DNA from: Planctomycetota bacterium
GTDB taxonomy: Bacteria; Planctomycetota; UBA11346
Assembly: GCA_003136555.1 (NCBI GenBank)
Contig: PLEW01000036.1
Location: forward strand, 6,640 to 70,639
Direction: 5' to 3'
Length of the DNA stretch: 64,000 nt
This document shows, piece by piece, positions 38,524 through 49,570 of the stretch. A program made the translations under genes and the position numbers. The notes beneath the pieces are model-generated. The model saw nothing but the letters and a program-made list of their open reading frames with translations, was not told where the DNA came from and did not search any database. The stretch's first letter is position 1; every line of letters begins with the position of its first letter.

Positions 38524-38540
38524 TTGCACCCGATGTGCCA
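38524..38540 (-). promoter_or_regulatory. sigma-54 (-24/-12) promoter consensus TGGCAC-ATCGG-GTGCAA on the minus strand, about 25-40 bp upstream of cheR
   Basis: Reverse complement of 38524..38540 is TGGCACATCGGGTGCAA. The GG and GC dinucleotides are spaced exactly as in the TGGCACG-N4-TTGCW consensus. An NtrC-type activator gene lies in the same block. Confidence 0.5.
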
Positions 38541-38570
38541 AGCCGCGGTCCCTACTCTGTACTGTCGTGC

Positions 38571-38654
38571 CAGGGAGTTGCATCGACAGCCCCGGGGGTC
38601 GACCCAAGAGTTGTGCCGCTGGCCCCAAGTGTTGGGACCAGGGCCCGATGTTGG
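38571..38654. repeat. array of about 21-bp spaced imperfect direct repeats (CCCAAGAGTTG / CCCAAGTGTTG / CCCGATGTTGG, plus GGGAGTTGCA) in the MCP-cheR intergenic region
   Basis: Read directly: units begin near 38603, 38624 and 38644, about 80-130 bp upstream of the sigma-54 consensus. Candidate activator binding sites. Confidence 0.4.
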
Positions 38655-38906
38655 GGTGCCCTGCGCACCACCGGGCCCTTCAGGGGGCCGCCGATCTGAT
38701 CACCGGGTCGGTGCGGAGGCGAGGCCGAGGCCACCGCTCTCGCCGCCAAGCCAGGCGCGGCCACGCTTCCCCTCCCGGCAGGCCGTGGTCGCAACGACGC
38801 CGACCGGTGCGACCAGGGGCATGGGCCACCCTGATCACACCGGTCGATGGGACAGCTGAAGCGGTGACGACACCCCTGGAGGCTCGGCTCCTGCCAGGGG
38901 CATCGC

Positions 38907-40682
38907 TCACTCGTGGTAGAGCGCTTTGCCGGCCGTCTCGAGCTCGCCGTCCTCCTCCTGGGCCAGCGACTGGCGGGACAAGGTGGCACGCGCGGGCGCA
39001 TGCCCCGCCGCGCCGTTGCGCTGGCCATTGCGGGTCGCCGACACCACACCGTTCCCCTGCCGGGTCAGGCCGGCTCGCGGTTCGGGCTTGGCCGCCGGGC
39101 GGCGCGCCGCCGCCAGCGCCGGACGGCGCTCGCGCTCGCTATCCTCGGCCAGGTGGAAGCGCGCGACCAGCTCCTGCAGGCGCTGGGCCTGCGCCGAGAG
39201 CTCCTCGGCGCTGGCGGCCATCTCCTCGGCCGAGGCCGAATTCTCCTCGGTGATCGCCGAGATGCCTTCCGCGCCCTTGCTCAGCTCCTTGGCGGTCACC
39301 GCCTGCTGCTCGGTGCTGGCGTTGATGCTCGCCATCCCCTGGCTGGTGCTGGTGATGCCCTCGATGATGGCATGCAGGGACTTGCCCACCTCATGCGACA
39401 GGGTGGCGCCATCCGTCACCCGCTTGCCCGATTCGTCGATCAGCTGCGCGATCTCCTGGGCGGCGGTGCTGCTGCGCTCGGCCAGCTTGCGCACCTCGTC
39501 CGCCACCACCGCGAAGCCCAAACCGTGCTCCCCCGCGCTGGCCGCTTCGATGGCGGCATTCAGGGCCAGGAGGTTGGTCTGGTTGGCGATCTGGTTGATC
39601 ACCCCGATGATCTTGGCGATCTGCGACGAGCTGTCGTTGATCGCCTTCATGCCGTCTATCGAGCGCTTGACCGTGGTGCTGCCGGCCTCGGCGGTGGCGC
39701 TGGTGCCCTGGGCGACGCGGTTCGCCTCGCCGGCCTTGGCCGCGACAAGCTCGATGCTCTTGGAGAGCTCCTGCACCGCCGCGCTGATCTCCTCCACCGA
39801 GCTGGCCTGGGTCTGCGCGCCGCTGCTGATGTTCTGCGCTGAGGCCGAGAGCTCCTCGCCCGAGGCAGCAGTCTGGTCGGCCGCCGCGCGGATCTCCGCC
39901 ATCACCCCATGCAGGGTCTCGACGGTGGTGTTGAGGGCGGCGGCCATCTCGCCGATCTCATCCTTGCCAACGCTGGGGATGCGCACGGTCAAATCGCCCT
40001 CGGCGACCTCCTGCATGGCCGATGCCATGCTGCGGATCGGACGCGAGATGCCGCGGGCGATCAGCCATGCGGTCACCAGGCCGATGACCACCGCCGCCAG
40101 GGTGGCGGCGCTGAGCAGCCACAGCGCGCGGGAGGCCACCTGGTCGGCGACCAGGCCCGCCTTCGCCGCCCCATCGTTGTTGATCTCGATGATGCGGTTG
40201 AGCGCCTTGTCGGCGCGGTAATAGGTGTCGCGCATGGCGCCGCCCATCAGCAAGGCGTGCGCCTCGTCCTTCTTGCCGATCTCAAGGAACTGCTTGCCGA
40301 ACTCCTGGTAGGCCTTCCAGTCGATCACGAACTGCTTGTAGATGGTGTTCTCCTCCTCGGTCTGCGGCAGCGGCTCGTAGATCTTCTGCCCGGCGGAGAA
40401 GACCGCGAGGGCCTTGACCATCTCGCCCTCATACTTCTCCATCGTCGCGGCATCGCTGGCGGTCAGGTGGGCATACTGCTGGCGGCGGTAGCTGCCGGCG
40501 CCCAGGCGCATCTCCTCGATCGAGTAGACCGAGGGCAGCCAGCGGTCCTTGATCACCGTGGTCTGCTCGGTGACCCGGTGCAGCTGGGTGATGGCGAACG
40601 CAGCCACCCCGATCAGCAGGGAGAGGACCAGGCCGAAGCCGAGCAGGAGCTTGGTCTGGATGCGGAGATTGGCGAGATTCAT
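38907..40682 (-). CDS. methyl-accepting chemotaxis protein (4HB-type periplasmic sensor, HAMP, MCP signalling domain)
   Basis: Two TM segments flank a helical periplasmic domain. HAMP ([25 protein letters not shown]). Highly conserved signalling hairpin [38 protein letters not shown]. Confidence 0.9.
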   Translation of the reverse strand: MNLANLRIQTKLLLGFGLVLSLLIGVAAFAITQLHRVTEQTTVIKDRWLPSVYSIEEMRLGAGSYRRQQYAHLTASDAATMEKYEGEMVKALAVFSAGQKIYEPLPQTEEENTIYKQFVIDWKAYQEFGKQFLEIGKKDEAHALLMGGAMRDTYYRADKALNRIIEINNDGAAKAGLVADQVASRALWLLSAATLAAVVIGLVTAWLIARGISRPIRSMASAMQEVAEGDLTVRIPSVGKDEIGEMAAALNTTVETLHGVMAEIRAAADQTAASGEELSASAQNISSGAQTQASSVEEISAAVQELSKSIELVAAKAGEANRVAQGTSATAEAGSTTVKRSIDGMKAINDSSSQIAKIIGVINQIANQTNLLALNAAIEAASAGEHGLGFAVVADEVRKLAERSSTAAQEIAQLIDESGKRVTDGATLSHEVGKSLHAIIEGITSTSQGMASINASTEQQAVTAKELSKGAEGISAITEENSASAEEMAASAEELSAQAQRLQELVARFHLAEDSERERRPALAAARRPAAKPEPRAGLTRQGNGVVSATRNGQRNGAAGHAPARATLSRQSLAQEEDGELETAGKALYHE

Positions 40683-40741
40683 GGCTGTTCCTTCGTTGTC
40701 GTTGGTTGTTCGGTGAATGATGGTGGTGGAAGCGGTAGTGC

Positions 40742-41251
40742 TCAGACCGGCGCAGCGACGCTCTGGAGCTGGGCCTGCTCGCTGGTGGCGAGGACCTTCT
40801 CGATGTCGAGCAGCAGCTGCAGGTGGTCGTCGAGCCTGGCCACGCCGATGAGGTATTCACCAGCGATGCAGGCGATGGTGTCAGGCGGCGGCTGGATATT
40901 GGCCTTGGGGATCTTCATCACCCGCGAGACCGCATCGACGATCATCCCGACGATGCCGCCGTCCATGCGCGTGACCACGATGCGGGTGTGCTCATCAAGG
41001 CCGCAGCTGCCCATGCCGAAGCGCTTGCGCAGATCGACCACCGGGATGACGGTGCCGCGCAGGTTGATGATTCCCTCGATGTAGCCGGGCATCTGCGGCA
41101 CCTTGGTGATGCCTTCGACGAGGATGATCTCCTTGACCTTGATGATCTCGATGGCGTATTCCTCGGCTCCGAGGTTGAATGACACCACCTGCAGGTAGTC
41201 CTGCATCTTGAGGGTCATGCGCGATTGCTCGACGGTGGATACCTGGGTCAT
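40742..41251 (-). CDS. cheW: chemotaxis coupling protein CheW
   Basis: 169-aa CheW fold ([21 protein letters not shown]...[18 protein letters not shown]...MIVDAVSRV). Start at 41249..41251 inside ORF 40742..41839. Confidence 0.9.
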   Translation of the reverse strand: MTQVSTVEQSRMTLKMQDYLQVVSFNLGAEEYAIEIIKVKEIILVEGITKVPQMPGYIEGIINLRGTVIPVVDLRKRFGMGSCGLDEHTRIVVTRMDGGIVGMIVDAVSRVMKIPKANIQPPPDTIACIAGEYLIGVARLDDHLQLLLDIEKVLATSEQAQLQSVAAPV

Positions 41252-41286
41252 GACGTCTGCTCCTGTGATTGATCGTTGGGTGATGC

Positions 41287-43302
41287 CTAGGGGATGAAGT
41301 TCTTGACCATCAGCACGACATTGCCGCGCTGATTGAATTCGACGCGCGTCATGCGCGCCTGGACCATGGCGAGGCCGAAGCCGCCGCAGCGCTTGCCTGC
41401 CCGCTCGCGCAGCGCGGAGACGTGCAGCGGATCGAAGGAATCGAACAGGCGGTGGGTGTCGAAGCCGCTGCCTTCGTCGGCGATCTTGACCATCACCCGG
41501 TCGGGCATGATCAGGGTCGAGACGCGCACCGTGAGTTCGGGCGCGAAGCGGTTGCCCCACTCGATGCCGTTCATCGCCATCTCGCGGATCGACCACACCA
41601 GGTCGTCGAGCACCCCGGACGGCAGCGGCTGGCGCGCCAGGGCCTGGAGGTAGCGGGTCAGCAGTTCGACCGCCGCAGGCGAGGAGGAGATGACGAAGTC
41701 GAACCATTCGTTGCCGAGATTGTCGAACGCCACCAGGTCGCGGTCGGGATCGAACTGCAGGGCGTAGCGGAACGCGCGCTCGAACTCGCGCACATCGACC
41801 GGCTTGGTGAGGATGCCGGCGGGATTGAGATCGAAGCACTGTCGCGCCGCGCTGTCGATCGCATTGCCGGTCACCACCAGCACCGGGAGGTGGGGATGCA
41901 GGCGGCGGATCGAGCGGAAGAGGTCATGCCCGAGGGCATCAGGCAGGCCGAGATCGAGGATGACCAGGTCCGGCTGCTGCTCTGCCAGCGCCAACCGCGC
42001 GGCGGCGGCGGTCGAGCACGAGGTGGCGGTGATGCCAATTTTCGTCAGCACATGGCCGATCAGGGTGCAGATGATCGGGTCATCATCGATATGCAGGACG
42101 CGCTTGCCCGCGACGATGACGTGACGCTCGGGCGGCAGCGCCGTGCGCGGACGCAGCGCCAAGAGCGAAATGTCGTCGGCGAAGGCATGCAGCGGCACGG
42201 CGCTGGTGGCCATGTCGATGGCGCCGGTGAGCACACCGGTCAGATCCGTGCTCGCCTGGCCCAGCTGGGTCAGGCACCGCTGGCCGTGGGTGCAGGCGAT
42301 GGGATAGAGATCCTCGCTCAGGCCATCGGTGTAGGCGAGCAGCACCTCGCCATCAGCGAGCGTGGTCGAGCGCATCTCGCGTTCACCATCGGCGGCGACG
42401 CCCAGGGCGCTGCCTTCCGCCTCGAGCTTGCGGAAGCCGGTGGTGGCAGAGCACACCAACGGGGCGGGATGCCCAGCGGAGGCATAGACCAGCTCGCGGC
42501 TGGCTTCGTCATAGCGGGCGCAGAAGGCAGTGGCGTAGTACTCGCCCGGGAACAGCTCGCGCATCACGCTGTCGGCGCGCGCAAGGATCTCCGCCACCGG
42601 CACTCCCGCCTCGAGCGAGCTGAACCAGGTCCGCAGGGCGATCCCGCCGAAGGCGGCAGGGGTGCCATGCCCGCTGACGTCGGCGACGAACAGCAGCACC
42701 TGGCCCTGGCCATCGGCGCGCACGTCCATGTAGTCGCCGCCCAGGCCCGCCTGCGGCAGATGGCGGAGCGCCACATCGGTGTGGCGCAGCCAGGAGAAAT
42801 CGGAGGGGAAGATGCGCTGGTGCAGCCTGCGGGCGAACATGCGCTCGCGCGTCATCGCCGCGCGTAGGTTCTTCTCGGTATCGAGGCTCATCTCCATGCG
42901 ACGGATGGTGATGCGATCGGAGCGGCTGGCGGAGATCTGGTCTACCAGCAACCGCAGCTCATCGAGCTTGATCGGCTTGCGCATCAGGCCGACTGCGCCC
43001 TCCTCGACCGCCTGGCGCAGATCGCAGATCGCGCTGTGCGCGGTCATCAGCAGCACGTCGACGCCCGGGAAGAGGTTGCGCACTTTATGCAGCAGCTGCG
43101 TCCCACTGCCCCCCGGCATGCAGATGTCGGTGATCACCAGGTCGATGGCCCCGTCCGTGCGGCTGATCGCTGCGGTGGCAGCATCCACCGAGCTGGTGCC
43201 GATGGCCTGGTGACCGCAGCGGGCCAGGAAGGGCTCGATGGTATCGAGGATCAGGGGTTCATCATCGACAACTAGGATGCGCATGATGCGGTGCTCCGAC
43301 AT
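41287..43302 (-). CDS. four-domain partner-switching protein: REC - PP2C (SpoIIE/RsbU-like phosphatase) - REC - RsbW-like HATPase (anti-sigma-factor-type Ser kinase)
   Basis: REC1 MRILVVDDEPLIL...DICMPGGSG. PP2C motifs GGDYMDV, LFVADVSGHGTPAAFG, LLAYTDGLSE. REC2 VLHIDDDPIICTL...VILDLGLPD...VLVVTG. C-terminal GHKL-type EMAMNGIEWGN...ADEGSGFD. Start placed at 43300..43302. Confidence 0.85.
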   Translation of the reverse strand: MSEHRIMRILVVDDEPLILDTIEPFLARCGHQAIGTSSVDAATAAISRTDGAIDLVITDICMPGGSGTQLLHKVRNLFPGVDVLLMTAHSAICDLRQAVEEGAVGLMRKPIKLDELRLLVDQISASRSDRITIRRMEMSLDTEKNLRAAMTRERMFARRLHQRIFPSDFSWLRHTDVALRHLPQAGLGGDYMDVRADGQGQVLLFVADVSGHGTPAAFGGIALRTWFSSLEAGVPVAEILARADSVMRELFPGEYYATAFCARYDEASRELVYASAGHPAPLVCSATTGFRKLEAEGSALGVAADGEREMRSTTLADGEVLLAYTDGLSEDLYPIACTHGQRCLTQLGQASTDLTGVLTGAIDMATSAVPLHAFADDISLLALRPRTALPPERHVIVAGKRVLHIDDDPIICTLIGHVLTKIGITATSCSTAAAARLALAEQQPDLVILDLGLPDALGHDLFRSIRRLHPHLPVLVVTGNAIDSAARQCFDLNPAGILTKPVDVREFERAFRYALQFDPDRDLVAFDNLGNEWFDFVISSSPAAVELLTRYLQALARQPLPSGVLDDLVWSIREMAMNGIEWGNRFAPELTVRVSTLIMPDRVMVKIADEGSGFDTHRLFDSFDPLHVSALRERAGKRCGGFGLAMVQARMTRVEFNQRGNVVLMVKNFIP

Positions 43303-43614
43303 CCCTGCATTGCGTCGGCTGTGCCAGAACCGGGTGGAATCCCAGCGGTTGTGCTGCCAAGCCTTTGCGTCATCCAGGTGGCATCGCGCGTGGTGGCGAA
43401 CACCAACCCCTGGGGTCAGCGGCCCAGGGGTTGGGGTAGCGGCGGGGTGCAGCGACAGCTGCGGGAATGAGGGCGAAACGCGCGCACCCACAGACGCCTG
43501 ATGCGGCCTGCAGGGCGCGGAAAGGGGGGCGTAGACGAGGGTTGAGGACGCGCTGATCGGTACCAGAGCGCAGCAGGGCCAGGGGGCGCGCACCCGCGCT
43601 GCCCCGCGCAGGCA

Positions 43615-45240
43615 TCACGCTGGCGACGGCGCTTCCGGCAGCAGCAGGCGGAACGATGAGCCGGCGCCGGGGTGCGAGTCGAGCAGCAGATGACCGTGAT
43701 GCGCCACCATGCATCCGACCACGGTGGCCAGCCCCAGGCCGCTCCCCTGCCCGGGCGCTTTGGTGGTGAAGAAGGGCTCGAAGATGCGGTCCTGGATGGC
43801 CTCGGGGATGCCGATGCCGTCATCCGACACGCTGATGGCGGCGAAAATGCCCTGGATCTCCTGGGCGCAGATGCGGCAGCGATGGCCTGTGACCGTCTCG
43901 CGCGACACCCCGATGCGCACCCGCCCACCGGCCCGCAGCGCATCGCGGGCATTGATGCAGAGGTTGAGCAGGGCGTTGAAGAGCTGCTCGCGGCTGCCGC
44001 TCACGCACGGACCCGGCTGCTCGAGCGCGAGCTCCAGGGTCTTGCCATCGCCGATAGTGCAGCGCAGCAGGGACTCCAGGTCGGCGACCATCGGCGAGAG
44101 GCAGATGGCCGTCATCGCCGGCTGCCCATGGCGGGCGAAGGTGAGTAGATCGCGGACCAGCGCCGCCGCCGTGGTCGATGAGCGCTCGATGCAGGAGAGC
44201 CGATGGCTGGTCGCGGCATCGCCGCGGCAGACCTGCTGCACCAGTGAGAGATTGGCGAGGATCACCTGCAGGTGGTTGTTGAAATCATGCGCCAACCCGC
44301 CGGCGAGGCGCCCCAGCGCTTCCAGCTTCTCGCTCTGGTCGAGACGTTGGCGCTGGGCGAATGCATCGGTGATGTCCCACACCAGGCCGATCACGCGCTG
44401 GCTCGCGTCGGGAGCCCCGCTCTGGCGGCCGCGGATGCGGATGCGCCGGCGCACGCCGTGATGGGTCCACCAGGCATCGATCTCGATGGTCTGGCTGCCT
44501 GAGAATCCCTGCGACCAGGCGGCGATGATGGCGGGGCGCTCCTCGGCCGGGAATCCCGCCATCATCTCCTGCCATCCCATGACTGCCGAGTCGTGTTCAA
44601 GACCCAGGATCGCCGCGGCCTCATGACCGAAGGAGATGGCTGAGCCGGGGCCATCGATCTGCCAGGTGCCCATGCCGGCGGCCGCCAGCGCCAGATCGAG
44701 GCGTGCCTGGCGATCCAACGCCGCCCCCTCCGCCAGGTGGCGCAAGGCGCTCTCATCGACCGCCTGGCGCGCCAGGCGGTCGTTCGCGGTGCGCAGCGCG
44801 GCGGTCAGCTGGGCGACCGACAGGTGGACGGCGACCCGTGCCAGCAGCTCACCGACGATGACCGGCTTGGCGATGACATCGCTGGCGCCTACTGCAAACG
44901 ATCTGATGCGCTCCTCGGCATCCTGGCTGGCGCTGAGGAACAGCACCGGGATGCCGGCAGTGTGGGGGTCGTCGCGCAGGCGGCGGCAGGTCTCGATGCC
45001 ATCCATCTCCGGCATGCGGATATCGAGCAGGATGAGGTCCGGCCGGCGCGCGGTGACCGAACGCAGGGCATAGGCGCCTCCTGGTGCCTGCCGTACCGTC
45101 AGTCCGTGTGCGCCCAGGATCGCGCCGAGGACCTGGAGGTTCTCCGGCACGTCATCGACGATCAGCACTTCGCCGCTCAGCATCGGGGTACTGGCGGACG
45201 GTTCGTTGCTGGCAGCTTGAGGCATGGACGTCCAAGGCAT
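43615..45240 (-). CDS. hybrid histidine kinase REC-PAS-HisKA-HATPase (receiver at the N-terminus)
   Basis: [14 protein letters not shown]...[11 protein letters not shown]...VLFLSAS. PAS. H-box [13 protein letters not shown]-boxes [11 protein letters not shown] and [11 protein letters not shown]. Exact start ambiguous; Met candidates at 45240, 45225 and 45183. Confidence 0.85.
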   Translation of the reverse strand: MPWTSMPQAASNEPSASTPMLSGEVLIVDDVPENLQVLGAILGAHGLTVRQAPGGAYALRSVTARRPDLILLDIRMPEMDGIETCRRLRDDPHTAGIPVLFLSASQDAEERIRSFAVGASDVIAKPVIVGELLARVAVHLSVAQLTAALRTANDRLARQAVDESALRHLAEGAALDRQARLDLALAAAGMGTWQIDGPGSAISFGHEAAAILGLEHDSAVMGWQEMMAGFPAEERPAIIAAWSQGFSGSQTIEIDAWWTHHGVRRRIRIRGRQSGAPDASQRVIGLVWDITDAFAQRQRLDQSEKLEALGRLAGGLAHDFNNHLQVILANLSLVQQVCRGDAATSHRLSCIERSSTTAAALVRDLLTFARHGQPAMTAICLSPMVADLESLLRCTIGDGKTLELALEQPGPCVSGSREQLFNALLNLCINARDALRAGGRVRIGVSRETVTGHRCRICAQEIQGIFAAISVSDDGIGIPEAIQDRIFEPFFTTKAPGQGSGLGLATVVGCMVAHHGHLLLDSHPGAGSSFRLLLPEAPSPA

Positions 45241-45381
45241 GGACCAGCCAGTGCGAACGCCATGCCAGGCGAGGGCGCGCACCGCTTGGCCGTCCGCCAG
45301 GCACTTACGCCCATGCCCTGCAGTGAGCCACCCCAAACATCGGGGTTGCCCACCACCTCTTGGGGCGCCACCGGCCGCCGC

Positions 45382-46772
<1,391 letters not shown>

Positions 46773-46776
<4 letters not shown>

Positions 46777-47555
46777 GTGCTCTCCTGCTCGGCGATGCGA
46801 TGGTGCAGACGCACGGTCACGGTGGTGCCCGTGCCCGGCTGGCTGGCGATATCGAGCTGGCCGCTGCATTGGGTCAGCACCCCGCGGGCGGTGGCCAACC
46901 CGAGCCCGACGCCGCGATCGGGCCCCTTGGTGGTGAAGAAGGGCTCCCCGGCTTTGGCCAGGGTGGGGGCATCCATGCCGATGCCGTTATCGCTCACCCG
47001 CACGCTGACCGGATCGCTCGGCAGCACCCCCCCGTCGACGACGATGGAGATGCGTCCGCGTCCGGTCCCGGCCCGGGCGATGCAGGCATCCCCGGCGTTC
47101 GAGAGCAGGATCTGCACCACCTCCTGGATGCCGAAGGGATTGGCGCGCACACGTGCGCGCCCACCTTGGGCCGAGATCTCCAGGTCGATGCCGGCCGCCT
47201 GCAGGCGGGTGCCCATCAGGCGCACCGCCGCCCTGACCGCGGTCATCACCTCGACCGTGACCATGTCCAGCCGCGCACGCTCGTCGGCGAAGCCGCGCAC
47301 GCTCTGGATCAGGTCGTCGATGCGATCGGCCTCGGCGATGATGCGCCGCATTTTGGCCTTGATCTCCGCCTGCGAGATGTCCCAGCCCTCCTCCAGGCCG
47401 ATGAGGATGCCTTCGGCGAAGCCGCGGATGCCGCCCAGGGGCTGGTTGATCTCGTGGGCCATGCCGCCGGCCATGTCGGCCAGGCCCTTGAGCCGGTGCT
47501 GCTGCATGCGGCTGATCATCGCCGCGTCATCGTTATATCCGGGAACGGTGGTCAT
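46773..47555 (-). CDS. soluble histidine kinase (HisKA-HATPase only); probable cognate kinase of the NtrC-like regulator
   Basis: H-box MAHEINQPLGGI. N-box LLSNAGDA. G-boxes DNGIGMD and GVGLGL. ATGA overlaps at both ends. Confidence 0.85.
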
Positions 47556-49570
47556 TGGGGTCGGCCCTCGAGGAGTGTACCCATCAGCTGGGAGAGCTGC
47601 CGGATGCGCACCGGCTTCTCGATGAAGGCCGCCAGCCCATCCTGGCGCAGCGCGTCGATGTTCTCGCCGGCGGTATGCCCCGACATGAGCACGATGAGCG
47701 CGCCGGGGTCCGCCCGCCTGATCGCCCTGAAGACGCCCGCGCCGCTCTGCTTGGGCATGATCAGATCGATCAGGCCGATGGCGAAGCGCGGCTGGGTCTG
47801 CTGCCAGGCGGCGATGGCGGCATCGGGGTCGGCGACGGTGGTGACCTCCCAGCCGAGATGGCGCAGACCATCGGCGAGCACCTCGCGCACGGTGGCCTGG
47901 TCATCCAGCAGCAGCACGCGGCCGGTACGGTGCTGCATGGCGGTAGTGGCAACGCTCACCGGCGTGCTCGCCGCGGGCGCCGCGGAGCTGCCCAGATACA
48001 GGGAGACGGTGGTGCCGCGGCCGGCCGCCGAATCGAGCGACAGATAGCCGCCATGGGCGACCACGCAGCCCAGCACGGCCGAGAGCCCAAGGCCCGTCCC
48101 CTTGCCCTCCGGCTTGGTGGTGAAGAACGGCTCGAAGATGCGGCCCTGGATCGACTCGGGGATGCCGATGCCGGTGTCGGCGACCGTCAGGACGGCGAAG
48201 TCGCCGCTGAAGGCCCGGCGCGAGACCTGGCAGAAGGCCTGCTCCACCGCCCGCCGTTCGAGGCTCAGCGACAGGCGCCCACCGTCGGGCATCGCATCGC
48301 GGGCATTGATGCAGAGGTTCAGGATCGCGTTCTCGAGCTGCCCGGCATTGCCCGAGACGACGATCGGCCCCGCGGGGATGGCGGCGGTGAGGGTGATCGC
48401 CGTCCCGAGCGAGCGCGAGGCCATCTGCACGGTCTGGCGCAGCAGCTGGCAGAGGTCGATGGTTGAGCGCTCGAGATCGCGACGCTTGGCGAATGTCAGC
48501 AGGTCGCGGATGAGGATGGTGGAGGCTTCGGCGGCCTTGCTGATGTTGTCCAGGTGGGCGGCGGCCTGCGGCGAGCCGGCGCCATCCAGGTGCAGGATGT
48601 CGACCTCGGCGGTGATGATGGCGAGCTGGTTGTTGAAGTCGTGGGCCACCCCACCGGCCAGCAGTCCCAGGGCCTCCATGCGTTCGCTCTGGATCAGGCG
48701 ATCGCGCAGCTGGTGCTCCTCGGTGATGTCCCAGATCACCCCGGCCATCTGCACCGCACCCCCCCCCGCGCGCGGGGGCAGCGGCCGGCCACGCAGACGG
48801 ATGCGGGTGCGCGCAGGGCCGTCCCCGCCTGCCGCAGCGGCGACTGGCGGAGTCCACCAGCCCTCGAGGTCGAAGCTCCCGCGGTTGCGCAGCGCACGTT
48901 CGAAGCGCAGGGCGATGCCCTCCTGCTCGGCCTGCGGGAAGGTCTGGATGATATCAGACCAGGCGAGCTGATGCTCCGCGGCCAGACCGAGGATGGCCCG
49001 GGCCCGCTCGTCGCAGCGGAAGGCGGCGCTGACCGGGTCGATCTCCCAGGCGCCCAGGGTAGCCGCTGCGAGCACCAGATCGAGGCGGGCGAGACGCTCG
49101 GCGGCGACCGTCTCGGCATCCCCGCGCCGGTTGGTCTCGGCCAGCACCTGGTCGGAGAGGCGGGCATTGGCCTGATCGAGCGCCTGGCGGGTGCGCCCGA
49201 GGGCGAGGTGGGTGGTGACCCGAGCGAGGACCTCCTCGGCCTGGAAGGGCTTGGAGATGAAGTCCTCGCCGCCGACGCGGAAGCTCTCGATGCGGTCGGC
49301 GGCGGCGTCGCTGGCGCTGAGGAACAGTACCGGGATGGTGGCGCTGGCGGGATCGAGCCTGAGCCGGCGGCAGGTCTCGAAGCCATCCAGCTCAGGCATC
49401 TGCACATCCAGGAGGATGAGGTCCGGGCGACGAGCCTGGACCGAGCGCAGCGCCATCGTCCCGCTGGAGGCGACCCGCACCTTCAGCCCATGGTCACGCA
49501 GCAGGTCGCTGAGCACGCGCAGGTTCTCCGGCGTGTCGTCGACTAGCAGGACTTCGCCGTCGCTGCTCAT
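47552..49570 (-). CDS. hybrid histidine kinase REC-PAS-HisKA-HATPase-REC
   Basis: N-terminal [14 protein letters not shown]...[12 protein letters not shown]-box [13 protein letters not shown]-boxes DTGIGIPE and [10 protein letters not shown]-terminal [13 protein letters not shown]...GLIDLIMP. Start at 49568..49570 with RBS GGAGGGGAG. Confidence 0.9.
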   Translation of the reverse strand: MSSDGEVLLVDDTPENLRVLSDLLRDHGLKVRVASSGTMALRSVQARRPDLILLDVQMPELDGFETCRRLRLDPASATIPVLFLSASDAAADRIESFRVGGEDFISKPFQAEEVLARVTTHLALGRTRQALDQANARLSDQVLAETNRRGDAETVAAERLARLDLVLAAATLGAWEIDPVSAAFRCDERARAILGLAAEHQLAWSDIIQTFPQAEQEGIALRFERALRNRGSFDLEGWWTPPVAAAAGGDGPARTRIRLRGRPLPPRAGGGAVQMAGVIWDITEEHQLRDRLIQSERMEALGLLAGGVAHDFNNQLAIITAEVDILHLDGAGSPQAAAHLDNISKAAEASTILIRDLLTFAKRRDLERSTIDLCQLLRQTVQMASRSLGTAITLTAAIPAGPIVVSGNAGQLENAILNLCINARDAMPDGGRLSLSLERRAVEQAFCQVSRRAFSGDFAVLTVADTGIGIPESIQGRIFEPFFTTKPEGKGTGLGLSAVLGCVVAHGGYLSLDSAAGRGTTVSLYLGSSAAPAASTPVSVATTAMQHRTGRVLLLDDQATVREVLADGLRHLGWEVTTVADPDAAIAAWQQTQPRFAIGLIDLIMPKQSGAGVFRAIRRADPGALIVLMSGHTAGENIDALRQDGLAAFIEKPVRIRQLSQLMGTLLEGRPQ

